NCBI GenBank assembly: GCA_030295235.1
Contig: AP026162.1
Span: 1,612,001 to 1,676,000 of the forward strand
Source of the DNA: Fistulifera solaris
Taxonomy: Eukaryota
DNA length: 64,000 nt
Direction of reading: 5' to 3'
The position numbers were made by a program, and so were the translations under genes. The notes beneath the pieces are model-generated. The model searched no databases, was not told the origin of the DNA, and was given only the letters and a program-made list of their open reading frames with translations. Shown here piece after piece: positions 1 to 12,102 of this stretch (within the stretch, counting starts at the first letter, position 1; every line of letters begins with the position of its first letter).

Positions 1-136
1 CCCAATACGTTGTACCCACGGCAGAAACTCTGGCCCGTTTCATCGGAAAGAGTAATCGGGGGTCAATGTGGTTCGGATCGTCTGCAGTTCCTTCTTCTTG
101 TCCCTCGACTTTTTCGTCATTGGGTAAAGAGCTCAT
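1..136 (-). CDS. 5' end of a protein gene running off the window start (MSSLPNDEKVEGQEEG...)
   Basis: ATG at 136 on the minus strand; frame open to position 1; divergent from the gene at 615. Confidence 0.45.
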   Translation of the reverse strand, partial: MSSLPNDEKVEGQEEGTADDPNHIDPRLLFPMKRARVSAVGTTYW

Positions 137-614
137 CTCCGTGAGCTTTAATGTTGTGATCTTAGTTGGTAATGAGTACTAATACAATTGCAATCTTTAT
201 TACTCCGGAGTATTACGCCGCATTGCCTTTATTTTGCACGACAACGACGAAATGCGATTCAAATCCAGTCACGACAAAAAGTAATATACACTTTGGGACT
301 ATAGTAGGGTGCCTGATCGCGCATCGCGCAAGGGTTCTTTGTGATCGCTCCAACGAAATTTACCAGAGGTCTATAGAGTAAAAAGTAGTCTGGTGATTAC
401 ATCGCATTCGCAGCGGTAAACACGTCAAAGCGTTCATCGCGGGCGGCCGTTTTCACACAAAAACTGAAACCGAAAAAATGAAAACTATATACCATGAAGA
501 GAAAACGGCCAAGTAAAACATGAATGACCCGTTTTCATCTTTTTTATCGTGCAGCGGTATCATCAATCGGCATCATGAAAGGCTCACAATTTTATTGTTG
601 GACGAAAACATATC

Positions 615-1418
615 ATGAAAAGCTTCCTTGCCCTTTTCTTTGCTGCCTCGGCCTTTCTCGTCGTCTCGGCTTTCGCCGACGAAGACATTGGTCTCTGCTG
701 CCTATGTGACGACTGCAAGCCTGTTGTTCGTGGCCGTGAATCTCTGAAGGTTGATGACAAGGGGAAAACCTGCAATGCTCTTTACATGGAGCTGGCGGAC
801 CCTACGAACGACTCCAAAATGGGCAACTCCCTGTGTCTCAATCAGATTCGTCGGTTTCGTTCTCATTGCTGCGATGCCACGCATATCCCCATTGAGATTG
901 TACAAGCTCCGACTCCCGCGCCCAATTTCGGAATGGAAGAAGGAACCGAGCCCATCTGCAACATCTGCCGCGATGGTTCGTATCCAACGATTCCCTTCGC
1001 CAAGATTGTTACATTTGATCGCTTCATCAAAGGAGAAAAGACTTGCGATGAACTGTACCGTATGGGACTAACAGGCAACATCCCGGATCAAATCTGCAAT
1101 CCATTGGTGAATTATGCGAAACGGCCCTGTGGTTGCACGTCGAATCAAGCCCTTCGTGCGCCGACACGCTCTCCCACAGCCGCACCAGTCACCATTCCTT
1201 CGACGAGTCCTACCAGTGATCCTTCTATGACTCCTTCACACAACTCTGAAACTTCAGCAAGCCCTTCTACTAGCCCTTCGCTCGCACCCTCCCAGGCGCT
1301 GAGCGAGATCGACGATTCGTGGAAAGAAAGCACTTGGTGGAAAATGATCATGAAACGCATGTCGAGATTCTTCAACCGCGAACAGCGTCGCTTGAGAGGA
1401 AAGTACGAGCTTAACTGA
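615..1418 (+). CDS. Secreted Cys-rich protein with two related Cys domains and a Pro/Thr/Ser-rich tail (diatom cell-surface-type protein)
   Basis: Signal peptide; repeated CxxC...TCxxLY...C...CC/CGC pattern; PTxSPT repeats; C-terminal RRL. Confidence 0.8.
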   Translation: MKSFLALFFAASAFLVVSAFADEDIGLCCLCDDCKPVVRGRESLKVDDKGKTCNALYMELADPTNDSKMGNSLCLNQIRRFRSHCCDATHIPIEIVQAPTPAPNFGMEEGTEPICNICRDGSYPTIPFAKIVTFDRFIKGEKTCDELYRMGLTGNIPDQICNPLVNYAKRPCGCTSNQALRAPTRSPTAAPVTIPSTSPTSDPSMTPSHNSETSASPSTSPSLAPSQALSEIDDSWKESTWWKMIMKRMSRFFNREQRRLRGKYELN

Positions 1419-1757
1419 GCTTTTTACTTGTGTGGTAAACGAAGGCAACACAACATAATTCTAGAATAAAGAGTAAAAACAATGATAATTAACGAGATGA
1501 TCCTGGACCCTTGACCGCCATAGTCTACTTTGATGTCGTAACGACACTGAAGTAACACCACCTGTTCAGATCGTGTTGCGTACGATCCGAACCCCGAATG
1601 AATTCAATTGTTCTTTTCATCCCATAGTAAACATCGTAAAAAGATCCCACCATACTTGCAGAACACACGAGCTTGACACGGCGAAATAGGCGTTGTCAAG
1701 AATCTTTCGCTTTGATCTCATAAAAAATTGTTCTTCGTCTTCTTTGAATACTTTTCA

Positions 1758-2311
1758 ATGCGTATTCTTTCACTTGCTCCGCTCTTAGCCCTTGTGGCGT
1801 CAAGCTATGGCTTTACTGCGACTGCGCCTCCGATGCGTTCGGTAAGTTTATGCTCGTCATCTGTGCCGTTCGATTTGCTCTGGTGAGAAACCTCTTCTAA
1901 CTTCCGACACAATAGGCTGCTACTCGCATGTCTCTCATGACTCAAAGTGAGAGTGACGCTTTGATTGCCAAAGTGAATGACTGTGCTGAAAGCGAGTGCG
2001 GTATTGACGATGTCAGTGAGTTGATTTACACTCTTCAAGAGCAGCAGAAGGAGCTCAGTGACCGCCTTGAGCAGGTGCGCAAAATGATTCACGTCTTGGA
2101 CCACATAAACGGATCAGACGACCGCAAGGTTGACGAAGTCCGTGAAACAGTTCGAGCCATTTTCCGTATCTTTCAAATGGGAGATAAGGCCAGTGGCAAC
2201 AATTACCCCTCGTTGAGCAAGCCCGTCGGATGGAGTGGAGAAGTTGGCAAGGGACCGACCACAGCATATGATGCCCTCCCTCCTAAACGTATCTCGAAGA
2301 AACAGCCTTAG
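1758..2311 (+). CDS. Small plastid-targeted coiled-coil protein of unknown function (paralog 1); intron 1842-1915
   Basis: Exon 1 MRILSLAPLLALVASSYG-FTATAP splices in frame via GTAAG...ATAG into the 1928 ORF; CxxxxC motif. Confidence 0.85.
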
Positions 2312-2622
2312 AATCAAAATTATTTAGTAAGAGTGCTTCTTTTCATGGTCGATTGTAGCTAGAGCAATCAAGTATTTCCCGCGATAAACTATTCTTGTCG
2401 TCGGTCGCCGACGACAAAGTATCCAAATATATCGAACACTCCCTTTGCAATGACATTCATTGGCACGACTAAAGAATTAAAATCTAGAATAATGAAGAGG
2501 TACAGTCTTTGGTGAAGGTGAAGGGCGGTGGCTCTACTAAACGTTTAAAGTATTGCGATGTGACTGGTCAAGGTGTTGAAGCGAGTGATTCATGTGTGCG
2601 TGAAAGAAAGGAAAGAACTTTC

Positions 2623-3193
2623 CTAAGGCGTAGCCTTCCACTTTTGGGAGGAAGAGCATCGTAAGCTGTGGTTGGTCCATCGCCAATGTCTCCAGCAAAT
2701 CCGGTGGGAAAAGCCATGGGCTTGCTGGTATCAAAGACACGAAGCATGTCTTTGACAAACGCACGGACTTCGTCCGTCTTTCGCTCTTTCTTCGCATTCA
2801 AGTGCTGCAAGTGAGCAACGGCGTTCATGACTGCCTCCAAGCGCTCGCTCAAAAGCTTCTCTTGCTCTTTTAGTTCAGCTATGAGATCGGCCACTTCGTC
2901 AATCGAGCATTCGCCGGCAGCACATTCATCGGCAGAGTGGAGGATCTGGCTGGTTTCTTCGTTACTCAAGAGAATAGAACGGGCTGTGGACGAGTACTGA
3001 AGGCGAAAAGGTTCGAGGTAAAGAAAGCAAGTATGAGAACAAGTTATAGAGGACTTACTTCAAGATTCAGTTGTCAGCTTGTCGTATTCTTCTGATTGAC
3101 ACCTACCTTGGGACTAGTCACAAGGCGCGCAGCGGGCTGAAAAGCAACGACCGACGAGAGAATCAAAGACAGAATGGCAAGTCGAGACAACAT
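2623..3193 (-). CDS. Small plastid-targeted coiled-coil protein (paralog 2); intron 2997-3106; probable 1-nt homopolymer error near 2642
   Basis: Exon 1 MLSRLAILSLILSSVVA-FQPAA splices in frame; clear similarity to paralog 1 (EC.IDxV..LI, GPTTAYDALPPK); one extra A restores a PPKKWKATP* ending. Confidence 0.8.
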
Positions 3194-3830
3194 GTTTCTA
3201 AGCTTGAGATGATTATCTGGAATAAGGTCAAAGGAGTAGTTCTTTCGCCCTCTCGTTTTTATGATAAGAATGCAATACGAACTGGAATCTTTTGACCGGA
3301 GTTTTCATGATGTTGATGTGCGATCGTGATGGATGCAGAAAAGAAACACGAAATCGAAATTATTGTCTGTGTTACTGTACAACAACACAGAAACATCTGC
3401 TCCCTTATAGAATGCTTCTTTACTTCTCTCAACGAGGAAGTTTCTGTCTTTCAACATTTTGTGTCTATAGTAAATCGAAAAAGGGCTGAGACGAGCAGAT
3501 GGTGTTCGTCGTTCGTCACGCATTATTTATTTCTGGTGCGCCCCTTTCCCCTTCGCGCGCAAGCGAGCGAGCGAGCGCGCAGCTGAGCGCGCAGTCAGTT
3601 TCGTCTGGACGCCGTCCTGGCTTTGATGACGAATACGATCGGAACGACGACGAAAGACGAAAGGAAAAGGAGATAGGTGGAGTTTACTGTGCACATCATT
3701 CGACTTCTCAAAAGCAATAACAAGCTTAGCACCCCGCTTCGCCAGCTCCTACTTATTGATCTCCTTCTAGCCTGTATCGCTTCGGGCGCTTAGCTTATAA
3801 ACATTCTTTTGTCGGTATTGACTACGCATC

Positions 3831-4888
3831 ATGCATCGGTTTGTGACTCAGCGAATCGCTCGACAAAGACTCATCGCTACAGTTCGGCCCTTTCCGATTC
3901 ATAGACGCCTATCCACAATAACCACACTCGATAATCATGGAAGTCTTTCAGGATGGCTGGCGATGATGGGGGCAGCTATGGCAGCTGTGTCGGTGCATCA
4001 GACGTGGACTTCTCAATGCGAGGAAGTTTTTGCGCCGGTAGCAGAAGTAGAGGAAGACGACGCTGAAGAAGATGATCCGTATGTTAATCTTCCAGATGAA
4101 GATGAAGAAACGGACTGCAGCATGTGCAAAACATTCCGTCAGGGTCCATGTAGACCCTACTGGCGAAAATTAGAGCGGTGTTTCAAGGATCATGAAGGAG
4201 AAGAGAATGGGGCTGTCAGATGTATGCGTTATTTCAAACCTCACCAACAGTGTCTCATGGGATATTCAAATCTCTACCAGCTCGTATCACTGGAAATGAA
4301 ACAGGAACTAGTGAGCGATCTTGAGTTGTCTATTTCCGAGGAGGAACGGCGCAAATGGAACCCTCAAATCGACTGGAGCACCTATCTAGAATTCACAAAA
4401 GAAACGGGTCTATCGTACAAAGAAACTGTGCAGTCGAGAGATACAACCACAAACGAACTACTACCGCTATGGAAACGGCTGCCAGACAACAAAGAGCCCG
4501 TCTTACTCACATTGACCTCCCAGCTGCCGAAACTCAACCCTGAAACTGGGATGATTCTCAAAGTTGCATATGCAGTGGACCAAGACGGATACGTTCTTGG
4601 TTTGACCTACAACAAAAAGTATGGAGAGCTTCTAGAAAAGTCAAAAGGTAATACTACAGAGGGAACTGATGATGCAAAGAATGACAGTTCGGAGGAAAAC
4701 CAGGATAACCAGCACGATCAGTTCGAGTTCGACTTTTCATTCTGCCTGGAGAGACCAAGTCAGTTCGCGTCTGTGGACTGTATTCGGAAAATCCTGTTGG
4801 TGCCGATCCTAATAAAGAGATCTTGGACGCGCTATTGTTCAAAAGCAAATCTTTCAGTCTGAAAAAAATCGCCAAGTCGTCAGTTTAG
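3831..4888 (+). CDS. GCK/twin-CX9C-like domain protein, probably mitochondrial; frameshift near 4733
   Basis: Arg-rich presequence, hydrophobic segment, CSMC...GPC-X9-C...C-X9-C; alternate frame continues to TAG 4888. Confidence 0.7.
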
Positions 4889-4948
4889 AATAAAGACCCT
4901 TCTATCTAGCATGAGTTTTAACTCTAATTTGTCTAACAGCCGTTGAAT

Positions 4949-5818
4949 TTACTCCTCTGGAATAGGAGGACGGAGCGCCAAATAGATGGAACTTCCCAAC
5001 AAAGGCAAGAAGAGAGTGCTCGCGGCGATGAGTGTACCATCTCTTCCGGTGCGCAGCCGGTAGTCGCGAGCGGTGAGTGCGACAGCTGTGAGATGCAAAC
5101 AAGTAAGGTCGAGCGAAGACACGAGCGCGAATTTGCTGCTCGCCAGCAGATCGAGAAATCCTTGCCAAAGTCCAGAGGCATCCGTTTGAAAAGCCTCTGG
5201 TACATGAGATAAGAATGGAATCGCCGTGACGGCAGCTGCAAGAGACAATCCAAGTAGTTTATTCTCGGTCACTTTGGCGGTGAACCAGCTCAACTCCGAT
5301 TGCGTCACAGAATCTCTTGGTGGTGCACGGAACGTTAAATATGGACCTAAAGCAAAGTATCCAATGAACGATGATAGACATAGGAAAGGTCCGGCCGGTA
5401 GCCCTTTTCCTGGTCGACCCTGTGGCAATAACAGTGCAGCCAGGATCATTGGCATGGGTACAAAGAAGTTGAATATCATGTAGAATAGTTCATTGAAACC
5501 AGGATTGGCAGGATCCGCGAGAATTCCCTCGATCATTGCTTGATCGGATGCACTTATTAATCCTTGATCTCCGCTCAAATAAATGACGAGACTCACTAAC
5601 GAAACCCAAGGCACAGCGGCGATCGGGTTAAATGTCGAAGAAGGTACGTCATCTGCGTCAATTTCCGGAGCCACACGAGCTTTCATGCAGAAAGGCGCTT
5701 CCGATCGTCTACCAACATCAGTGGCGAGGAATTTCGGGGCGATCGAACGGGTGGGAGCAATTTGAAAAGCCTGGACGGCAGTTGCCGTTAGCAAAGCGAA
5801 TGCTGCATATGTTTTCAT
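4949..5818 (-). CDS. Plastid-targeted multi-pass membrane protein of unknown function
   Basis: Signal peptide with VQA-FQIAP motif; several hydrophobic helices; GPYLxxR motif. Confidence 0.75.
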   Translation of the reverse strand: MKTYAAFALLTATAVQAFQIAPTRSIAPKFLATDVGRRSEAPFCMKARVAPEIDADDVPSSTFNPIAAVPWVSLVSLVIYLSGDQGLISASDQAMIEGILADPANPGFNELFYMIFNFFVPMPMILAALLLPQGRPGKGLPAGPFLCLSSFIGYFALGPYLTFRAPPRDSVTQSELSWFTAKVTENKLLGLSLAAAVTAIPFLSHVPEAFQTDASGLWQGFLDLLASSKFALVSSLDLTCLHLTAVALTARDYRLRTGRDGTLIAASTLFLPLLGSSIYLALRPPIPEE

Positions 5819-5944
5819 CGACAATATCTTTGGTTAGTTGAATGCCGCCAAATGTGTGGAGGACGAGATCCTCTCTCGCAAAGTTGGTGCAAAATGATGA
5901 TTGCGGTGAAAAAATGAGTCAGTCGCCTTCATGTGAAAGTATAG

Positions 5945-6070
5945 TCATTGGAAATCACTATTGCCCAGGGTGTAGGTGAACCCCAGCTGAATTCCAGATT
6001 TAAGTCATTGAAAATCACTATGGTCCAGATTGTTGGTTTAGGCAACCCAAGACTGAATTTCAGTCATGAA
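5945..6070 (-). repeat. Solo module A copy plus a degenerate ~60 bp tandem duplicate
   Basis: Reverse complement TCATGACTGAAATTCAGTCTTGG...TAAACCAACAATCTGGACCATAGT aligns with the start of the 230-bp array unit. Confidence 0.7.
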
Positions 6071-6991
6071 ACCATTACATTTTATTGTATTTATTTGCGG
6101 GCGCGAAAAATGTTCATCCGTTCAGTTTTTACTTTTATTGCTTTGATCATCATAAGCAGTATTCTCCCCTTTCAGCCTGCTACTAGTTAGAAGCACAACG
6201 CGCAGAAAATGTAATCTGTCGCCGATTGCCGGCAAATGAGGCACGCAATTTACTTTTTTCGGCAGACCGGGCGTCATCATTCCGACCCGCTCCGGCAAGA
6301 ATCATCGAGATATGTGAAGAACTCCACCTTCGTCCAATGTTGTTCTGCAGAGAAAGCAGTTTAAAACTAATATTGGCATCAGTGATAAGCATTTGGTGTA
6401 TTATTGAGTTTTGAGCGTCTTTATGAAAGACAGCGAACGCTTGCGAAAGTCAATTTTACTTCTTTGCCTCCCAAAATAGACGTGAGTTACGGCTTCCTGT
6501 TCGGTTTGCTTGTTAAGTGCAAGTGATTTCCTTGTTCCCCATTCACACTATGCAGCCGATGGTCGTTGCTTTTTCGTTTCGGCTCACCCATTTAACCGTA
6601 CCTCAAACAATAATGTTTGGCTCGGCGCTGTTACGACTGCATGAACGGAGATACGTATGTCTACATGGCATAATGAGAACCATCACGGAAAGACTCGATG
6701 CGAAGCCAATGCGCCGTACCTGGTAATCTACAAGGAATCTAAGGTGGGAGCCAGTCAGCTATCGGAAACGGAAGTGACCGCTGGCACTTGTCAATGCGCA
6801 CATTGGAAGCATACCTGGTAGTTGCAGGCGGTTTATCATTGACGAACACAGCCTTGTACCAACAATTTGCCGGTGGATCCGTTTAGGAGAGAATGACAGT
6901 TATTGGAGAAATATCACTATAAACTTCTTACGCACAACTATACACGCTTCATTGGACCATCTCGGCAAGGGAAAATCGATTTCAAGCGAAA

Positions 6992-8185
6992 CTAAAAACG
7001 ATAAGGACGGGGGCCAACAATGCTTTCGTCATTGATTTCCTCCCAAAAGTTCCAGGAAAATTCACCGCTTTCGTCGTAACAAGCTGCTGCGCCAAGTAGT
7101 GCCTTTGCTGCTAGCTTGCGCGCTTCCTTCATATTCCCCATGGCCTTGTACGCCAGAGCACTTGCTTTTAGTGCACTTGGAGCGAATTTGTACGCTTTCA
7201 AGATTTTCTGCCCAACTTCGATGCATTGATCATACTTCTTCATCTGATACAGACACTCTTGTGCTCCCCTCATCATCGCTCCGTGCTGGTCGGTTGTCAT
7301 TTGGTCGGGGCCGGGCATTGGGAACCGAATTTCGAGCGTTTGGTAGGCCATCAAGGCCTTTTTCCACTTCCCAAGTTTCATATGCATTTCGGCTATCAGC
7401 TCGTAGACTGTAGCCAATTCTGACTTGCTGATGCCATTGCCTTCGGTATCAAGGTTTAGCTTCCCTACTTCCTCAATTTTGTCGAGGTCTGAAGGATTGT
7501 ATTTCACTGCTAGGTCCAATCCGCCATTTTCAGCGTCCTTGAGCACATCTTCTAGGACTTTTAGTGCGGAATTGTGATAGCCATGCGAACTCAAGATTCT
7601 TGCTTGATCCAACGGGAAAGTGTACTTTGAAGCCGGATCGTCCTGGTCACGAATGTAGCACATATTTGCGAGGGCCTTGGACATCGAAGCTTTTCGAAAC
7701 GCAAGCGACAAATCATCTTTTTCGACTCGTGCAATAATGCCTTTGGCTTTCGTCAACGTTGGCTGGACCAGCTCCGGCATTTCACTGCGGCAATCGGGAC
7801 ACTTATTGGTCGCGTTCGCCCTCTGAAACTGACGTAGACAAGACCAGCAAGAGATGTGCTTGCACTCGACGCAAACAATTGGATCAACGATAGCTGCTCG
7901 AGAACAAATTTCGCAAGCCTTTTTGACCACAAAGCTGGTTACCTTAGTTCCCGTGACTACCTCTTCCATTGAACGTGAAACGGGACGTGCGGTCGGCGCC
8001 AACATAATGCGCGAGTGAGCTACGATCTGACACACGAATTTGTGAGACTTCCAATCAGCTTTCTGGCAGCCTTTGCTGCAGTAAAACGCCATGTGACAGC
8101 GTGAGCACCGGCTTTTTGGGTGCTGCTGGTCGCAGTGCTCCGCGTCGCACGTAATGAATTGTAACAGTGTTTCTAGATCCCCCAT
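6992..8185 (-). CDS. MYND zinc finger + RING-like + TPR protein
   Basis: CSRC...YCSKGCQKADWKSHKFVC (MYND); CxxC...CxHxxCxxC...CPxCR (RING); helical TPR-like C-terminus. Confidence 0.85.
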   Translation of the reverse strand: MGDLETLLQFITCDAEHCDQQHPKSRCSRCHMAFYCSKGCQKADWKSHKFVCQIVAHSRIMLAPTARPVSRSMEEVVTGTKVTSFVVKKACEICSRAAIVDPIVCVECKHISCWSCLRQFQRANATNKCPDCRSEMPELVQPTLTKAKGIIARVEKDDLSLAFRKASMSKALANMCYIRDQDDPASKYTFPLDQARILSSHGYHNSALKVLEDVLKDAENGGLDLAVKYNPSDLDKIEEVGKLNLDTEGNGISKSELATVYELIAEMHMKLGKWKKALMAYQTLEIRFPMPGPDQMTTDQHGAMMRGAQECLYQMKKYDQCIEVGQKILKAYKFAPSALKASALAYKAMGNMKEARKLAAKALLGAAACYDESGEFSWNFWEEINDESIVGPRPYRF

Positions 8186-8519
8186 CTTGCTCGCAACAGG
8201 ACAGACACTTCTTTAGATGACACGATGCTTCTCTGGAAAAGGCTAGATACGTTGTTTGAGTTATAAAGCCCAGACAAAGCTTGAGAAGTAAGATGAGGTG
8301 AAAGATGCAAAGAATGTTTTCGCCCTCATCGGTCGATCCTCATCCGCGTTTTCATCGAAGGCGCCAGAGTACATTCTGGACCAGTGTCGCAAAAGGTACT
8401 CCGTATATTATTTTTTCGATGTAAGTTCCCGTGTCTCTCCCCTCGATATTTATTTTTGTGCCATAAAGCGAGCTATTGCTGTTTTGTCTGTTCTCTATTC
8501 CATTTTGCCTCAAGAAATA

Positions 8520-10137
8520 ATGTCAAAAACAGACAATTTCATCGATCTATTTGAAGAAATTCCTTCCTCTGATCTCGAGGAGCAAACGCGAGAGATCGGA
8601 TACTACGAGGAATTACTGCCAATACACACATTCCGTCGGGATCCTGTCGATCGAGAGGAGATATGCGAATGCGGGCACGATGTGACTGTATTGCGGGACA
8701 ATGGCACACTCGCTTATATATCGCTGCCTGGTAGTCTAGATCATTATGTTTTTCATGACGAAGTGCTGGACTTGGATTTCGGCGAAGGGCTGGACGAAGA
8801 ATTCCTCTCGTTGCAAATTGTCGGTGTATCAGACGAGGCAATTGCAGACACGGCCCGGTACTTCATCAATTTGACGAAATCGAAAAGGAAAATTTGCAGT
8901 TTACGCATCCAGTTTTTTCACCCTACGCATATTGTGAGTTTCGCAAATGCTGGGTCTCAGTGCCTCTCGCAATTTTTTTCATGCAGCAGCTCCGAATCTC
9001 TGCGTAGACTTGCGCAGCATAAAACTAAGCGCAGCGCAATCTGTTGTGTTGGCTTCACAACCGGGTGTAATTCAGCTAGTTCTTGATGGCTGTTATTATG
9101 AAGATGGCGGGGTTGCGTTTCTAAATGCGATCCTGAATCGCCAATCATCCTTGGCTCCCCTGACCTTCAAGTACTACGAGGATTTAATCTACGATTCCAT
9201 CGATGTCGTGCCGTATACAGCCCTTGATCATACGAATTTGGAACGTCTTCTGCGAGAAGTCGACGTGATTGATCATGTGGATATTCCTTTGCTAGAAACA
9301 AAGTTTGCGGCCAATAGGAGCAATGACAACGATGACGGTGTTATTGCAGACAACCGCAATCTTTATGCCAATCTCATCTTTCATCCTTTTTCTGCGAAGG
9401 TGAACTCTCTTGCTTATGAATTGTTTCAATCAGCGTTATTGAAAGCCGCCTGGCAGTCCGTAAACATTGTGACCTCAAAGCTCTATCTCCGCATCACAAG
9501 TCAAGGCACAACCTTTCCGACGGAGGCTGCCATCTGCCTTTGGCGACGTATGGCGAGTTTGGGCCATTTCACAGAGCTAGAAATTGCTTTTAAGTGCGAA
9601 AATATTGACAGAGGATCAACGGTGCCTGTCTGTGTTGTACAGGAAATGATCTGCGCCATACGTGCAAATAGTAGTCTGAAGGTTCTTGGTTTGCATTGGG
9701 ATGACGTAAACTTGCACCGTAGATCACTGGATTGGGGACAGCATTTGAAGACATTTTGCGAGGGTTTGAGAGACCACAAAAGGCTTCTTACGTTGAAAGT
9801 AGATGTGGTTGATAAAAAACAAACTTTCGGGTCAGATTTTTCCTATCTTCGACAGCTACTTACCGAATTCAGATTCATCATAGTGACTTCTTGTCAAGGG
9901 CAGCTTTATTCGGATGGAAAGTTAATCGACAAGCTTTATACCCTGAACCGCTTCTACTGTGGCTCGACGTGTTTACAGGTAGAGCCATCCTTGGAGCGAC
10001 GATCGCTGATGGAAAGCGCCTTGATGGAAAGCGCATCGAACGATTTTCAGCTCTCTGCTCTTTTGATGGCAGACCATGTCGATCTTTTGTGTGAGGTGGT
10101 GGCTCAGTTTGTTGAGTTGGAGGAGTTTTTGAAGTAA
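8520..10137 (+). CDS. Lineage-expanded diatom hypothetical protein (RNI/LRR-like); frameshift in T-run near 8973
   Basis: Two overlapping ORFs join by removing one T; LxxLxL repeats; C-terminal LNRF..GS...DFQ..ALL..DH motif. Confidence 0.7.
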
Positions 10138-12102
10138 TTTCCGTAGAAAAATGATTTGCTAGTATCCCACTCATTTCGTGATTCGAAGTGACCTTCAAGC
10201 CTGCTGGCATGCTGACTAAATTACATGATGCGTGTAAGACTCTTTGATTTATAGCATTTAAGCATAGATTTACTTGCTAGTACATGATTCGACAACTGCT
10301 GTTTCTTATCTTAGCAACAATTGCATTTCTCATCGAGCGTAAAAGCGCTCATCGCCCTAGAGCCGCGAGAGTAAACTTTTCAGTCAAAGTTAAATACCCG
10401 GTAAGTCAGTTGAGGCGCATTTTGGCGCCATCAAAAGTCCGGGAAGTTTCTAATCGCACCTCCTCCATTAGAAGCCGAAGCAAAGCAAAAACATCCTCTA
10501 TACCCGTCGCATTCGTAGTTATCTAAAGATTCATGATACCGGCTAACAATACGATTGCTGTGAAGTCCTACGACCGTCAACATGGAATCACCGATGGACA
10601 AACAGTGTGGAGCTTCCAGAAAACGGCGGACGACCGGCATATGGCGTCTTGGTGCCCGTTATTGTCGACATATTCGTGCCAGCCGTTGCTTAATCGCGCT
10701 TAACTTTCTGTTCCTTGGGCATGGGTAAGCTAGCGTGTAACATCACAGCCCATATGGCTACGATACTCCCCGTCGGAGAATGTCGGATAAAGTGAATTGC
10801 AGTTTGATTGTTGTGCAAACGGATAATTGGTTGAACTGAGGTCAACGCTTGAGCAACACTTGTGTAAAAGACAGTTTGTGGTTGTACCGATGCCGCTTCG
10901 GTAGTCAAATTTTCATGGGTCGTACATCGACATGGGTCCTTCGTCAAGGTCGCGGATGCATTTTAGCAGGGAGAGGGGTTGATTACAGCTATCACGATGG
11001 TAAACCCACCATGATCCCCTCCGGCTCTCGCATAGGAATTGTGGCAAATGGATTGTTGTAATAAGTAGGACGCTCCTTGCAATAATGGTGCAGGACCATA
11101 TCACAAAGTTTACACTCAGCCAATCCATCCGCGTCGCTCGTAACCGAGCCGTACTGCGTCGAGCTTGTCCCAAAAGACGATCAGTATTTTGTTGCTGTAG
11201 GGTGCGCTGATGCGATGAGTCATGTGCGGCTCCATCGAGATCTTTGAACGTCTTTTTTGGGAGGCAACGATTAAATGCAGTGCTGCGACAATAATTGTTG
11301 TGTGTCAGTTAACTCGTCTGCTTATGACTTCAATCGACATTGCTGAGCATTATACGCTTCTGTTCTCTCTGATATTGTTGTTTCGGCAACACACGAGTAG
11401 AGTGTTCGCTCCGCATTTCACTCAATCATTAGCTCGGTACTTCTTGAGTGGTACAGGCAGCTTCTAGCGTTCGACCCTTGGCTGGAAACAACTGCGTCCC
11501 CGACGGATACTGTTCGCTTATGCGCCGAAACCCTTCCTATAATGTCAGGCTACAACTTATACTGAAACGAAATTCCACGCGCGTCCTTCGTCGACGGGTT
11601 CTTACTAGCATAAATGTTATTAATGACAAAGAAAATTGAGAGGGATATCGTTTTTTGCTTAAAAAGGTCGATCATTGGTAAGAAAATGAGGGTGAAAAGC
11701 AATGGCCAAAAAATCCTGTGCTATGCCCTTGCATTTTTGGCCAAAAGCACGGTTTGGACACTCTAATTTCATAAAGTACTATAAAAGTAACACTAAGCTT
11801 TAATCGTAGCGATCAGCTCGGAACGGTACACGGGTGCCCTGCTCGTCGCAGTGTGGTTGAAAAATGTCGCAGAGGACGCACGGACAGACTGGACCCTCTT
11901 TCAGATTCGTGACTCACAGATGTAGTACTCCGTATCAACTTACACGGGACACGACTTTTGTTGAAAAGCAAAACCAGCCGCTCAAATAGCGCATTCTGAT
12001 CAACCGACATGCATTGTAAGCAATAGAGACCAAATTTACAGCATTCTCGCTTTTCAAACTCGGAGAGTGACTAAGACGTAGATGAGTGAGAAAAGTGAGC
12101 AA

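Noticed and set aside
1928..2969. Calling the paralog pair CP12
   Set aside because: Lacks the AWD-VEEL core and the C-terminal Cys pair.
3555..3592. GC-rich (GCGA)n/CGCG tract between divergent genes
   Set aside because: Short microsatellite-like tract; no further support for a function.
10284..12010. Short ORFs in the 10-12 kb gap
   Set aside because: No recognisable motifs, inconsistent strands and frames.
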